36,174 nt of DNA, taken from contig CAZFFM010000001.1 in NCBI GenBank assembly GCA_964517425.1, positions 1 to 36,174 of the forward strand, in the 5' to 3' direction. Below are positions 1 to 8,263 of this stretch, in pieces. The notes beneath the pieces are model-generated. The model was not told the origin of the DNA, did no database searches, and worked only from the letters and a program-made list of their open reading frames with translations. Every line of letters begins with the position of its first letter. Position 1 is the stretch's first letter. The stretch comes from an uncultured Ardenticatenales bacterium (GTDB taxonomy: Bacteria > Chloroflexota > Anaerolineae > Ardenticatenales > JAADHH01). The position numbers and the translations under genes are program-made.

Positions 1-118
1 GGACGAGGACTTGGAGCTTCTGGAAGCCAACGTGTCACGTTTGCCTCAATGCGTTTGAACGTTGGCCCGTTTCATGTTCTCCCCTACTCCTTACTCCCGA
101 CTCCATTACTCCCTCGAT

Positions 119-1087
119 TCATCGTTTCGCCGTCGCTCCGCCCCATATCTCCAACACCGTCTCGTATGCGCGGCGCCGGGATTGCCACGTCGTTTTGTCC
201 AGTTCGCCACGCGCGGTGCGAGCGCGGTCTTGCCGCATCTGCCGGCGTATACCGGCGCGCACGATCTGCCGGGCCAGCCAGTTCGTCAGCGGGCCGTGGT
301 GACGGGCATAGAGTCGCCGCCGGCTGCGCCACAAGGCTACAAACATCGCCTCACGGAATTGGGCCGTGCTGCGCCCCTCGTGGTGAACGATTTGCGCACG
401 CGGCACACAATGGGTCGCCCAGCCGGCCTTCCGCATACGCCAGCACCAGTCCACTTCTTCGCCGTACATAAAGAACCCTTCGTCCAGCAACCCCACCTGC
501 TCGATGACCGGCCGGCGCACCATCAGTGCCGCCCCCAGGGGATGGCCGACGGCAAAAGGCACGCCTGCCGCATACCACCGGCGCGGGTAGCGCCCGTTCA
601 GCCGCGACTCGGTCAGCCGGCCGTGCAGCGGGAACAAATCCAGGAACAGTTGGGCCAGTCCCGGAAAGGCAAAGGCACTGTGCTGAAATTGCCCGTCGGG
701 GTAGAGCAGCGCCGGCCCGACCGCCCCGACTTCGGCGTGCAGCTCCAGGTATTCTACCATCAGTTGCAGCGCCGCCCCGAGCACCTCCGTGTCCGGGTTC
801 AGCAGCAAAACGTAGTCCGGCGTGTCGTCCTGCAGAAGCCGGCGCAGGGCCTGGTTGTTGGCCGCCGCGAACCCGCGATTCTCATCGTTCGCGATCAGGC
901 GCACGTCCGGGAAACGCCGGCGGACCATTTCCGCGCTGCCATCCGTCGAGGCATTGTCCACGACCCAAACGCCGGCGGGCACTGGCGGCTGGCCACTGGC
1001 GACTGACTCCAGGCATCGAGCCAGCAGGTCCCGCACCTGGTAGCTGACGACGATCACGGCCAGACGAGCTTGGTTCCCCTGGTTCAT
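119..1087 (-). CDS. Family-2 glycosyltransferase (rhamnosyltransferase-like)
   Basis: ORF 119..1132 with the GT2 motifs VVSYQ, VVDNASTDGS, NRGFAAANN and GEEVDWCWR. The ATG at 1087 (MNQGNQARLAVIVV) is preferred because the extension to 1132 runs into an inverted-repeat element. Confidence 0.8.
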   Translation of the reverse strand: MNQGNQARLAVIVVSYQVRDLLARCLESVASGQPPVPAGVWVVDNASTDGSAEMVRRRFPDVRLIANDENRGFAAANNQALRRLLQDDTPDYVLLLNPDTEVLGAALQLMVEYLELHAEVGAVGPALLYPDGQFQHSAFAFPGLAQLFLDLFPLHGRLTESRLNGRYPRRWYAAGVPFAVGHPLGAALMVRRPVIEQVGLLDEGFFMYGEEVDWCWRMRKAGWATHCVPRAQIVHHEGRSTAQFREAMFVALWRSRRRLYARHHGPLTNWLARQIVRAGIRRQMRQDRARTARGELDKTTWQSRRRAYETVLEIWGGATAKR

Positions 1088-1120
1088 TCGTGTTTCAAAT
1101 CGCCCGATGGATAAGCAAGA

Positions 1121-1202
1121 ATATCTCACCACAAGGACACAAAGGCACGAAGAAAAGAACGCCTTTCGTTCTCAGGGCCTTGGAGTCTTTGTGGTGAAAT
1201 AT
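1121..1202. repeat. 82-bp MITE-like element, copy A, with 18-bp terminal inverted repeats
   Basis: The arm atatctcaccacaaggac (1121-1138) pairs with gtctttgtggtgaaatat (1185-1202) at 16 of 18 positions. The core acaaaggcacgaagaaaagaac recurs at 24936-24957 (19 of 22). On the minus strand it contains a short gaacg/cgttc hairpin followed by a T-run, downstream of the 1275..2504 gene. Confidence 0.6.
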
Positions 1203-1274
1203 CTTGTTCGGTTGTTTGCATGAGTCGTGCCCACATTGCAAGAAGAGTATCTTGGCCAAGTCCTGGCCGCAGCC

Positions 1275-2504
1275 TCAATAATCAATGTTGATCTGTTGGG
1301 GGTCTACTTTATCTTCCACTTTGCGAACACCTTCGTGTAACAGTCCAAGCCAGAAATAGGGTTTGGTGCGCGGTGGGGCGTCAAGGAGGCGCAGGTGGCC
1401 GGAGATGGTGACAGATTGACCCGGTTGCAAATATTTCTCTCCATCGACAACGGTCAGTTCGTCATCCCGGCCCAATTGCCAGCGGTAGGGATACTCGCGA
1501 CCGATGCTGTTGCCCTCGTAATCGAGTCCCAGGCGGAAGGCGCCGTCGGACGTGGGGTAGCCCTTGCTCGTGTAGGTTTCGCGTGTGGTGTAGGTGGTGC
1601 CGGGAGGCGGGCCGAACGTGCGGATCGCCACGTGGCCGATGTTCTCCACCGTGGCCGTGAAGGTGAGCGTATCGCCGAGGGCCACTGTGTCCGTGTTCCA
1701 CAACACGTGGGAGCGCACGATCCAGGCGCGGGGTACGCCGCCATCCTGGATGGTAACGGCAGCGCGGACCACGTCGCGATTGCCGGCCGCGTCCACGGCC
1801 TCGACGACCACGGTGTAGTCACCGTCCGGCGGAGGTTCCGCGCCGAGGTCTACGCCACCGTGATAGACATGTTCATGGCGGCCGGCGGCGGTGGACTTCC
1901 GTATCTGGTCTTCGGGGAGGGGGTAACGCGTGCCGTCGCCGGCGAGCAGATAGGCGTCCACCCGCGCGGCCTCTTCGGCCAGCGAATAGCCGACCGTGAT
2001 GCGATCATCCACGCCATCGCGATTGGGCGTGAAGACCGGCGGGTAAACCGACAGGTTCTCGATGGTGGGCACACCGTTATCGGCATTCTCGATCGTCAGG
2101 GAGCGCTCCATCTGCACCGGCGCACCCCGATCCAGCGGGCGGGCTTCGATGAGCAGGCGGTAATGGCCATTGGGCAACACGCGGTCTTTGATCACACCGC
2201 CGAACCAGGCTTCATAGTCACCGGCGGCCCGTCGCCGGTCTTCGCGGAAAGCGTGTTGATTGCCCTGTTCGTCTACCAAATAGATGGAGACCTTGCTTGT
2301 ATGGCGCAGGGTGTAGAAAATGCGCGCGACATCATCCACGCCATCGGCGTTGGGGGAGATTACCTCCGGTTTGACCCGCACATTCTCCAGCACAGGGCGG
2401 TTTAAGGCACAGCCCACCCCGGTAGCAGCCAGCAGGAAGAGCAAAAAAAGGGCGCTGGCCTTGGCGACCGGTTGGCGGGTACATCTGTATTTCGTCTGTT
2501 TCAT
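1275..2504 (-). CDS. Secreted or lipoprotein-like protein with tandem FlgD-Ig-like repeats
   Basis: 409-aa ORF. The N-terminal signal peptide (LFLLFLLAATGVGC) has a possible lipobox Cys. Repeated motifs SPNADGVDD and TPNRDGVDD are typical of FlgD-Ig/CHU_C-type beta-sandwich domains. Confidence 0.7.
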   Translation of the reverse strand: MKQTKYRCTRQPVAKASALFLLFLLAATGVGCALNRPVLENVRVKPEVISPNADGVDDVARIFYTLRHTSKVSIYLVDEQGNQHAFREDRRRAAGDYEAWFGGVIKDRVLPNGHYRLLIEARPLDRGAPVQMERSLTIENADNGVPTIENLSVYPPVFTPNRDGVDDRITVGYSLAEEAARVDAYLLAGDGTRYPLPEDQIRKSTAAGRHEHVYHGGVDLGAEPPPDGDYTVVVEAVDAAGNRDVVRAAVTIQDGGVPRAWIVRSHVLWNTDTVALGDTLTFTATVENIGHVAIRTFGPPPGTTYTTRETYTSKGYPTSDGAFRLGLDYEGNSIGREYPYRWQLGRDDELTVVDGEKYLQPGQSVTISGHLRLLDAPPRTKPYFWLGLLHEGVRKVEDKVDPQQINIDY

Positions 2505-2552
2505 GATGGAGGTATTATAACGTCGTAGTGTACTGGAGTCAATTGGCGCTGC

Positions 2553-3371
2553 TCACTTCTTGTGCAGCATGAAACCCCATGCCCGGGGAGGGCGATTGGA
2601 GCGAGGAGCATCAGGGGGCAGGCCCCAACTGTAATCATTCGCCACACCATGTTCGGTCACTTCCCACGGGGCAAACAGAGAAACTAACTCGTCCAGGCTG
2701 CGAAGTTTCAAGTCAATACCCATTTTCTCATTCTGGGCCAGGATTTCGATCAGTGCGGGATCGCTGCGCCATTCGGTTCCGCCCAAAGATAAAACGATCA
2801 TGTGTGAACCGGGATCTGCCCACTCATACAACGTGCGGGCCGCATGTTTCAAATCCGCAGATTCCATGAAATGTGCCAATAGCGTAAAACCGATGCCCAC
2901 CCTGTGGTCATCTCCGAAGAACTCTTTGGCTTCTTCCGACTCCAGTACAGTTTCGGGGTATGCCGCATCACACCACAAATAGCGGACATTCGCTACACCC
3001 ACCAGAATCTCGTGGCTGTAGCGGACCGTAAGAGGATCAACGTCGCTATAAATGATGCGAATACTCGGATCAATTGCGTGGGCCACCTGATGGGTGTTAT
3101 TGCACGTAGGAAGGCTGGAGCCAAAATCAACGATTTGCTTCAGCCCCAATTCGCGAACAAAATAGGTAACGCTGCGACCTAGCACATTACGTTGCGCGAA
3201 GACATATTTCGTCATTATGGGCGCAATCTTTTTCAGACGACTGGCCATGAGGCGGTCGATCTCAAAGTTGTGTGTGCCCCCCAACAAATAGTCCTGAATT
3301 CGTCCGGCGCTTGGTTTGGTCAGATCGATATGTCCGCGCGATACCACGTTCGTACGTATACCTCCCAGCAA
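2553..3371 (-). CDS. SAM-dependent methyltransferase, DUF574-like
   Basis: 272-aa ORF. The N-terminal motif IDLTKPSAGRIQDYLLGGTHNFEIDR matches the family signature (I D x x x P x x A R x Y D Y x L G G K x N) as I remember it. GC is visibly lower than in neighbouring genes. Confidence 0.7.
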   Translation of the reverse strand: MLGGIRTNVVSRGHIDLTKPSAGRIQDYLLGGTHNFEIDRLMASRLKKIAPIMTKYVFAQRNVLGRSVTYFVRELGLKQIVDFGSSLPTCNNTHQVAHAIDPSIRIIYSDVDPLTVRYSHEILVGVANVRYLWCDAAYPETVLESEEAKEFFGDDHRVGIGFTLLAHFMESADLKHAARTLYEWADPGSHMIVLSLGGTEWRSDPALIEILAQNEKMGIDLKLRSLDELVSLFAPWEVTEHGVANDYSWGLPPDAPRSNRPPRAWGFMLHKK

Positions 3372-3514
3372 CTATTTCGGGGGATGAAACGCTCGCCCTT
3401 CATGCCCCCGTTTTCAGGTTCACCTGTGGAGCTGGCAACACACCCGTTTCCTTCGAAATGGTGCGGGTATTATACCATGAACGGCAGCATGAGGCAAAAC
3501 AGGTGCAGGTCAAA

Positions 3515-3715
3515 TCAGAACGAAGTCCAATTCGTACCCGTAAGAATCGAACAGGCAAACAGAACAAACAGCACCAGCAGGATGAGGCCGCAGCCACACC
3601 CGGAACATGAGCACCCTTTCCCAAAACCAAAGCGAGACTCCAGCCAATCGAACAAGGCCGAAAGCAGCACCAACTGAAGCATACCCCCCAGACAACCAGG
3701 TTCTCTTCTTTGCAT
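3515..3715 (-). CDS. Small cysteine-rich membrane protein (66 aa), hypothetical
   Basis: The ATG at 3715 is preceded by GGAGG with 7-nt spacing (rc of 3716-3730). There are two hydrophobic segments flanking GCSCSGCGCG. I recognise no homology. Confidence 0.4.
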   Translation of the reverse strand: MQRREPGCLGGMLQLVLLSALFDWLESRFGFGKGCSCSGCGCGLILLVLFVLFACSILTGTNWTSF

Positions 3716-3789
3716 ACAGGACCTCCGAATCTACGAGACTTTGGGCTTCCCGCGGCCTACGCGGAAAGCTTTGCGAATGCACGGCTTTG

Positions 3790-3825
3790 AAAAAAAAGCG
3801 AATCAGCGCATCGGTCGCGCTCGAC
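3790..3825 (-). terminator. Possible intrinsic terminator after the radical-SAM gene
   Basis: On the minus strand, a GC-rich dyad (agcgc-gaccgat-gcgct, or alternatively gcga..tcgc) is followed by a run of 8 U (A8 at 3790-3797 on the plus strand). The stem is weak. Confidence 0.3.
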
Positions 3826-3940
3826 GCCATTTTCATCCCTGCCTGCCCGTGTACGCAGGCCGTGGCGGTTCATTGTTTGCGGGAGGGCGAGGTGCCGTGC
3901 AAGAAAATGATGGACACCCGTAGAAAGAGACACTCTTCAT

Positions 3941-5197
3941 TCAAAACAACCGAAGCTGTGTGGCCGGACGATGTCCATCCAGCAAGATAAACTCGGCCGA
4001 CCGCTTGGCAGAGACGCCGGCGGCCCGCACATCATGCAATGAACGAAGCGTGCCCTGTCGCCGGGCACGCAAGATCGCATCGGCGCTCTTGGGCCCAATA
4101 CCCGGAACGCGCAGGAGCTGCCGGCGGACGGCTGTGTTCAGCTCAACCGGCTCGGGCAGCAAATGGGCGCGCGCCCAGGCCAGCTTGGGGTCTTCATCCA
4201 GGGGCAGATTGCCGGCCGGCCCAAAGGGCATCTCCTCCAAGTCGAACCCGTAATCGCGGAAAAGGAAGAAGGCCTGGTACAAACGATGCTCGCGCAGCGG
4301 ATCAGCAGCCGGCACGTTTTCCATCGGCGTATCCGAGATCGGCGAGAAACGCGAAAAGTAGGTGCGGGTCAGGTGCAATTGCTGGACCAGGGACTGCGTC
4401 GTCTGCAACAGTTCCAGGTCGGACTCGCCGGCTGCCCCCACCACAAACTGGGTGACGGTGGAGGGCCAACGCCCGTTGAAGGTCTGTCGGGCCGGCTGCG
4501 TCTGCCGGATCTCCTCGGCCCAGCGGAGGGGCTGGAGCAGCTCCGCAAGGTAGCGTTTTGTGGGCGATAGTTTGGCCAGCCGGGTACCGTTCGGAGCCTC
4601 CAGGTTGATCGAGACCCGGTCGGCCAACTGCATGGCGCGGAACACCTGGTCTCGCTCGGCACCGGGCATCACTTTCAGGTGCAAATAGCCCCGGTAGCCG
4701 TACTTGTGCCGCAGCAATTCGGCCGTATCAATCAGCTTGTCCTGCGTGGAGATGCCGCCGGCCACCACGCCAGAACTCAGGAATAGTCCTTGCACCAATC
4801 TGGCCCGTAGCATCCGGTCGAACAGAGCAGCCATCTCGTCCGGTTGAAACGTCGCCCGGCGATAGTCCCGCCCGCTGCGGAAGGGGCAGTAGTAGCAGTT
4901 GCGTTCGCAGACCGATGTGAGCATCGTCTTAAGCAGTGGTGCGCGCCGTCCCCCCGGCATCACAGCGTCGCGAATGCCCAGGGCGTGGGCCTTGCGTTCC
5001 AGCGCACGGCCGCGCAGTCCCCGATCGGCCAGAGTCTGCCTGGCAATGGCCACCACAGCCTGCTCCCGATCAGGGCGATTCGCTTGCTGCCTTTCCGCGA
5101 AGTCACACGCTACCACCGGCCCGGCAGCGCCGATCTCTTCGGCGGCCTCCAGGTCTGCATCAACAGCGATCGTTCGGAGTTTGGACAAAGAATCCAT
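3941..5197 (-). CDS. Putative DNA modification/repair radical SAM protein (TIGR03916-like) with C-terminal helix-hairpin-helix
   Basis: Contains the CxxxCxxC motif CERNCYYC, plus GLFLSSGV, GYLHLKVMPGA, ADRVSINLEAP and a C-terminal LLRVPGIGPKSADAIL HhH. The ATG at 5197 sits 7 nt downstream of a consensus -10. Confidence 0.85.
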   Translation of the reverse strand: MDSLSKLRTIAVDADLEAAEEIGAAGPVVACDFAERQQANRPDREQAVVAIARQTLADRGLRGRALERKAHALGIRDAVMPGGRRAPLLKTMLTSVCERNCYYCPFRSGRDYRRATFQPDEMAALFDRMLRARLVQGLFLSSGVVAGGISTQDKLIDTAELLRHKYGYRGYLHLKVMPGAERDQVFRAMQLADRVSINLEAPNGTRLAKLSPTKRYLAELLQPLRWAEEIRQTQPARQTFNGRWPSTVTQFVVGAAGESDLELLQTTQSLVQQLHLTRTYFSRFSPISDTPMENVPAADPLREHRLYQAFFLFRDYGFDLEEMPFGPAGNLPLDEDPKLAWARAHLLPEPVELNTAVRRQLLRVPGIGPKSADAILRARRQGTLRSLHDVRAAGVSAKRSAEFILLDGHRPATQLRLF

Positions 5198-5204
5198 GAC
5201 TCCA

Positions 5205-5233
5205 ATTATAGAACAGATGTTTCTGTCTGTCAA
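5205..5233 (-). promoter_or_regulatory. Consensus sigma70-type promoter TTGACA-17-TATAAT driving a leaderless radical-SAM mRNA
   Basis: Rc of 5228-5233 is TTGACA, the spacer is 17 nt, and rc of 5205-5210 is TATAAT. Exactly 7 nt separate the -10 from the A of the ATG at 5197. Confidence 0.6.
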
Positions 5234-5258
5234 ATTGAGGTGGCGTAAATGTCCCTAC

Positions 5259-5957
5259 TCAGATCACCTTCAGCTCTCGGAGGACATCCAGCACGCGTGG
5301 CAACGGCTCCTGCCATAGCCAGTCTACCGTCAGCCAGAACCCCTCCAGCACGGCCGAGTGATAGCGTCCCTCTGCATCCGGTTCCACCAGCCGGTATCGT
5401 CCCTCCTCCAGCCGGTAAAACTCCGCCCGCTCCCGCTCCGGATCGATCAACCAGTACTCGCGCACCCCCGCCGCTTCGTACTCGTAGAACTTCTCCCCCC
5501 GGTCGCGTCCCATGCTCTCCGGTGAGACGATCTCCACCGCCAGGTCCGCCGGCCCATCCAGGTACGTCTTCCGCAACCGGTCCAGGTGCTCCTGGGCCAC
5601 GAACAGCAGGTCCGGCTCGCGGCCGGCATCGGCCAGTCTCATCTGGAAGGGCGCGGGGCGAATCACGCCCCCCGCAGACGTTTCCACGAACACGCTCAAC
5701 ACCGCTGTCAAGAAACGTACCAAGTCTTGGTGTCGATCATTTGCCGGGCTCATCATGATGATTTCTCCATCCACCCATTCTGCGTAGGTATCTTCGTCCG
5801 CCCAGGCGAGGAACTCCTCGTAGCTCATCCGTTCCGTCACCGCTGGCTCGAGCAGCACTTCCAGCACCCGCCGGCGCAGCGCCTCTTCCTCCAGCGTGCT
5901 CGCCGGCAAAATGTTCTGTATCGCTTCCGGTAAGATCGATTTGGTCAACACTGTCAT
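5259..5957 (-). CDS. Uma2 family (DUF820) PD-(D/E)xK endonuclease
   Basis: 232 aa. Motifs YAEWVDGEIIMMSPA, EPDLLFV, PADLAVEIVSPES and YEAAGVREYWLIDPE are typical of Uma2. RBS AGGAGG lies upstream. Confidence 0.85.
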   Translation of the reverse strand: MTVLTKSILPEAIQNILPASTLEEEALRRRVLEVLLEPAVTERMSYEEFLAWADEDTYAEWVDGEIIMMSPANDRHQDLVRFLTAVLSVFVETSAGGVIRPAPFQMRLADAGREPDLLFVAQEHLDRLRKTYLDGPADLAVEIVSPESMGRDRGEKFYEYEAAGVREYWLIDPERERAEFYRLEEGRYRLVEPDAEGRYHSAVLEGFWLTVDWLWQEPLPRVLDVLRELKVI

Positions 5958-5978
5958 TACCCTTCACCTCCTGCATCC

Positions 5979-6007
5979 ATGATAGCACAGCTCGTGAAAA
6001 GAGGCAA
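5979..6007 (-). promoter_or_regulatory. Candidate promoter TTGCCT-17-TATCAT for the Uma2 gene
   Basis: Rc of 6002-6007 is TTGCCT, the spacer is 17 nt, and rc of 5979-5984 is TATCAT. The element is followed by an AGGAGG RBS and the ATG at 5957. Confidence 0.4.
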
Positions 6008-6072
6008 GAAACAACCCGACCAGGTAAGCATTCAGGTACCCAGAAAATGGAACGCTGGTAGCGCTGATTACC

Positions 6073-6135
6073 CGCAGATAAACGCAGATAATTTCAAGAA
6101 GTCAACGAAAATCTGCGTTATCTGCGTTATCTGCG
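6073..6135. repeat. Inverted arrays of a 9-10-nt unit (CGCAGATAA / TTATCTGCG) forming a long hairpin
   Basis: cgcagataaacgcagataa (6073-6091) faces atctgcgtt x2.8 (6111-6135) across a 19-nt loop. The element lies 40 nt downstream of the purD stop, with no U-run. Confidence 0.6.
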
Positions 6136-6174
6136 TCCTATTCACGGGGGGGGGCTGAACGGATACGTGTGGTT

Positions 6175-7503
6175 TCAACCGCCAGTATACCCCTCGCCAA
6201 TATCCGTCCGGTAGCGCACCCCATTGAATCGAATCTTCTCGATCTCCCGGTAGGCCGCGCGACGGGCCTCCGCCAAGGTGGGCCGGCCGGCGACCACGGC
6301 CAGCACGCGCCCACCCTGCACGCGAAAGCAGCCGGCCTCCTCGTCCCACCGCGTGCCGGCGTGAAACAGCAGCACGTCGTCGTCCACTTCTTCCAGGCCG
6401 GAAATCGGCTGGCCGATCCGGTAGCGCCCGGGATAGCCCTTGTACCACCCCTTTTTGCCGCGAAGCCGCCCCGACGTGGCGCACACGCAGAGGTAGTGGT
6501 CGTCGGACCAGTCGAGGCGCAGATTGCCCAAGGCCCCGTCCGTGCAGGCCCAGGCGATCTCGGCCAGGTCCGTTTGCAGGCGCGGGTAGATGACTTGCGC
6601 TTCCGGATCGCCCATGCGTACGTTGATTTCCAGAACATAAGGGTTCAGTTCGCCCGCTTCCTCCACCAGCATCAGGCCGATGTACAGAATGCCGCGATAG
6701 GCAGTACCCTCCCGCTCGGCCAGACCGTGTACCAGCGGCAGGGCAATACGCTGCATGATCTTCTCGACCAGCGTCGGGTCCATCTCGTCGTTGGGGGAAT
6801 AGCCGCCCATGCCGCCGGTGTTCGGGCCTTCGTCCCCATCGAAGGCCTGCTTGTAATCACGCGCCCAGGCCATCGGACGGATCGTGTGGCCGTCCGTGAA
6901 GCAGAAGAACGAAGCCTCCGTGCCATACAACCGCTTCTCCACGACGACGCAGTTGCCGGCATCGCCGAATCGCTTCTCGACCATGAGCGTATCCACCGCC
7001 TGCAACGCCTGGGCGGTATCATCGCAGACCAGCGAGCCTTTGCCGGCGGCCAGCCCGTCCGCCTTGACCACGACCGGATAGTCCAGGCCACGAATGTAGG
7101 CACGGGCCGCCTCCGGGCTGACGAAATTCCGGAACGCCGGCACGGGAACGCCGAGCGCGTGCATCAGCTCCTTCGCATACGCCTTGCTCGATTCCAGTCG
7201 CGCCGCCGCCTGGGTCGGCCCGAAGATGCGCAGCCCGGCGGCCCGGAACCGGTCCACCAGGCCGGCAGAGAGGGGCTTTTCGGGACCGACAAAGGTCAGG
7301 TCCACGCCTTCGTCCTCGGCAAAGCGCTGCAAGTCGTCCGCAGCGTCGAGCGGCACGAGCTGGACGCGGGGATCGTTCCAGGACATCGCCAGGATACCGG
7401 CGTTCCCCGGCGCCACCGTCAGCCGCTTCACCTGTGGGCTCTGCGCAAACTTCCAGGCCGTCACATGCTCCCGTCCCCCCGAACCAACGATCAAAATGTG
7501 CAT
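6175..7503 (-). CDS. purD: Phosphoribosylamine--glycine ligase
   Basis: MHILIVGSGGREH N-terminus and an ATP-grasp core conserved along the full length. The ATG at 7503 is preferred over the ORF-track start at 7602. Confidence 0.95.
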   Translation of the reverse strand: MHILIVGSGGREHVTAWKFAQSPQVKRLTVAPGNAGILAMSWNDPRVQLVPLDAADDLQRFAEDEGVDLTFVGPEKPLSAGLVDRFRAAGLRIFGPTQAAARLESSKAYAKELMHALGVPVPAFRNFVSPEAARAYIRGLDYPVVVKADGLAAGKGSLVCDDTAQALQAVDTLMVEKRFGDAGNCVVVEKRLYGTEASFFCFTDGHTIRPMAWARDYKQAFDGDEGPNTGGMGGYSPNDEMDPTLVEKIMQRIALPLVHGLAEREGTAYRGILYIGLMLVEEAGELNPYVLEINVRMGDPEAQVIYPRLQTDLAEIAWACTDGALGNLRLDWSDDHYLCVCATSGRLRGKKGWYKGYPGRYRIGQPISGLEEVDDDVLLFHAGTRWDEEAGCFRVQGGRVLAVVAGRPTLAEARRAAYREIEKIRFNGVRYRTDIGEGYTGG

Positions 7504-7528
7504 CAATGAGTCCTCCTGCGTAGTGAAG

Positions 7529-7840
7529 CTATTTCTCGATGTCGGCGCGCCGAGCAGCCAGACGATAGGCTTCGAACCGCGCTCTCTTCGCGATGGCCAC
7601 AACGGCTACTTCCTGAACGTCTTCATTCACGCGGTAGACAACACGGAAACGCTTGCCGGAAAAAGGCAATGCACGGTATCCGGTCAAATCGTAACCCGCT
7701 CTGTGACCCAGTGTTTTTCCGGCCATCGGGTGCATTGCCAGCTTACGCAACTGTTTGACAGCTTGGTGCTGCACCCCCTTGTCCAATCTGGTCAGATCAG
7801 ACCGGACCTCCGGATGAAGTTTTACCCGATAGGAAGCCAT
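7529..7840 (-). CDS. RelE/ParE family toxin
   Basis: 103 aa. YRVKLHPEVRSDL...FRVVYRVNEDVQEVAVVAIAKR is a typical RelE/ParE layout. The gene begins 4 nt after the antitoxin gene ends. Confidence 0.8.
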   Translation of the reverse strand: MASYRVKLHPEVRSDLTRLDKGVQHQAVKQLRKLAMHPMAGKTLGHRAGYDLTGYRALPFSGKRFRVVYRVNEDVQEVAVVAIAKRARFEAYRLAARRADIEK

Positions 7841-7844
7841 TTTG

Positions 7845-8132
7845 CTACCCTTCGATACCTAACTCTTGAAGTACTTCATCCAGATCCCGATATGCCTCTT
7901 CCCCCACCTGTTCCCTTTCTTCGATGAGCCGTCCAAGCATCAAGTGATCCACAAGTTCTTCCAGCTCCAGCAAACGTTTGTATTCCTCAAGACTGGTGAG
8001 CACGGCTTCGATCTTGCCATGCCGCTGGATGAACCAGCGGTGCTCGGATAGGTCGTCCAGTAGTTTGGCGAATTGAGCAGTGGCTTTCGTGCTGGTAATC
8101 AATTCATTAGGAGAAAGGAGAATTTCAGCCAT
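7845..8132 (-). CDS. Phd/YefM-type antitoxin
   Basis: 95 aa. The N-terminal pattern (TKATAQFAKLLDDL....IQRHGKIEAVLTSLEEYKRL) resembles Phd/YefM, and the gene lies upstream of the RelE-like gene. Confidence 0.75.
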   Translation of the reverse strand: MAEILLSPNELITSTKATAQFAKLLDDLSEHRWFIQRHGKIEAVLTSLEEYKRLLELEELVDHLMLGRLIEEREQVGEEAYRDLDEVLQELGIEG

Positions 8133-8157
8133 AATAATACCCCCTTAAATGTATGTT

Positions 8158-8200
8158 TTTATCCGGATAAAAGTATAGCCGAGGTTCAGGGGTTTGTCAA
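8158..8200 (-). promoter_or_regulatory. TA-module promoter TTGACA-17-TATACT with an adjacent perfect 14-bp palindrome
   Basis: Rc of 8195-8200 is TTGACA, the spacer is 17 nt, and rc of 8172-8177 is TATACT. The palindrome TTTATCCGGATAAA at 8158-8171 lies immediately downstream of the -10. Confidence 0.6.
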
Positions 8201-8263
8201 TTCGGCACTCCCCGCTGGGTGCCCGTCAATTTTTTTACGCAGGCTATACGGCGAGCACCTTAC

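Noticed and set aside
3510-3836. 108-aa minus-strand ORF overlapping the small Cys-rich ORF.
   Set aside because: It has no SD and an implausible composition. It overlaps the 66-aa ORF, which has a well-spaced GGAGG, and it crosses the putative terminator T-run.
5987-5997. The 11-mer ACAGCTCGTGA shared by the spacer of the Uma2 promoter and, as its reverse complement at 20561-20571, by the spacer of the 20551 promoter, as evidence for a mobile promoter module.
   Set aside because: Matches of an 11-mer are expected by chance many times in 36 kb on both strands, and the flanking similarity is limited to generic -35 and -10 hexamers.
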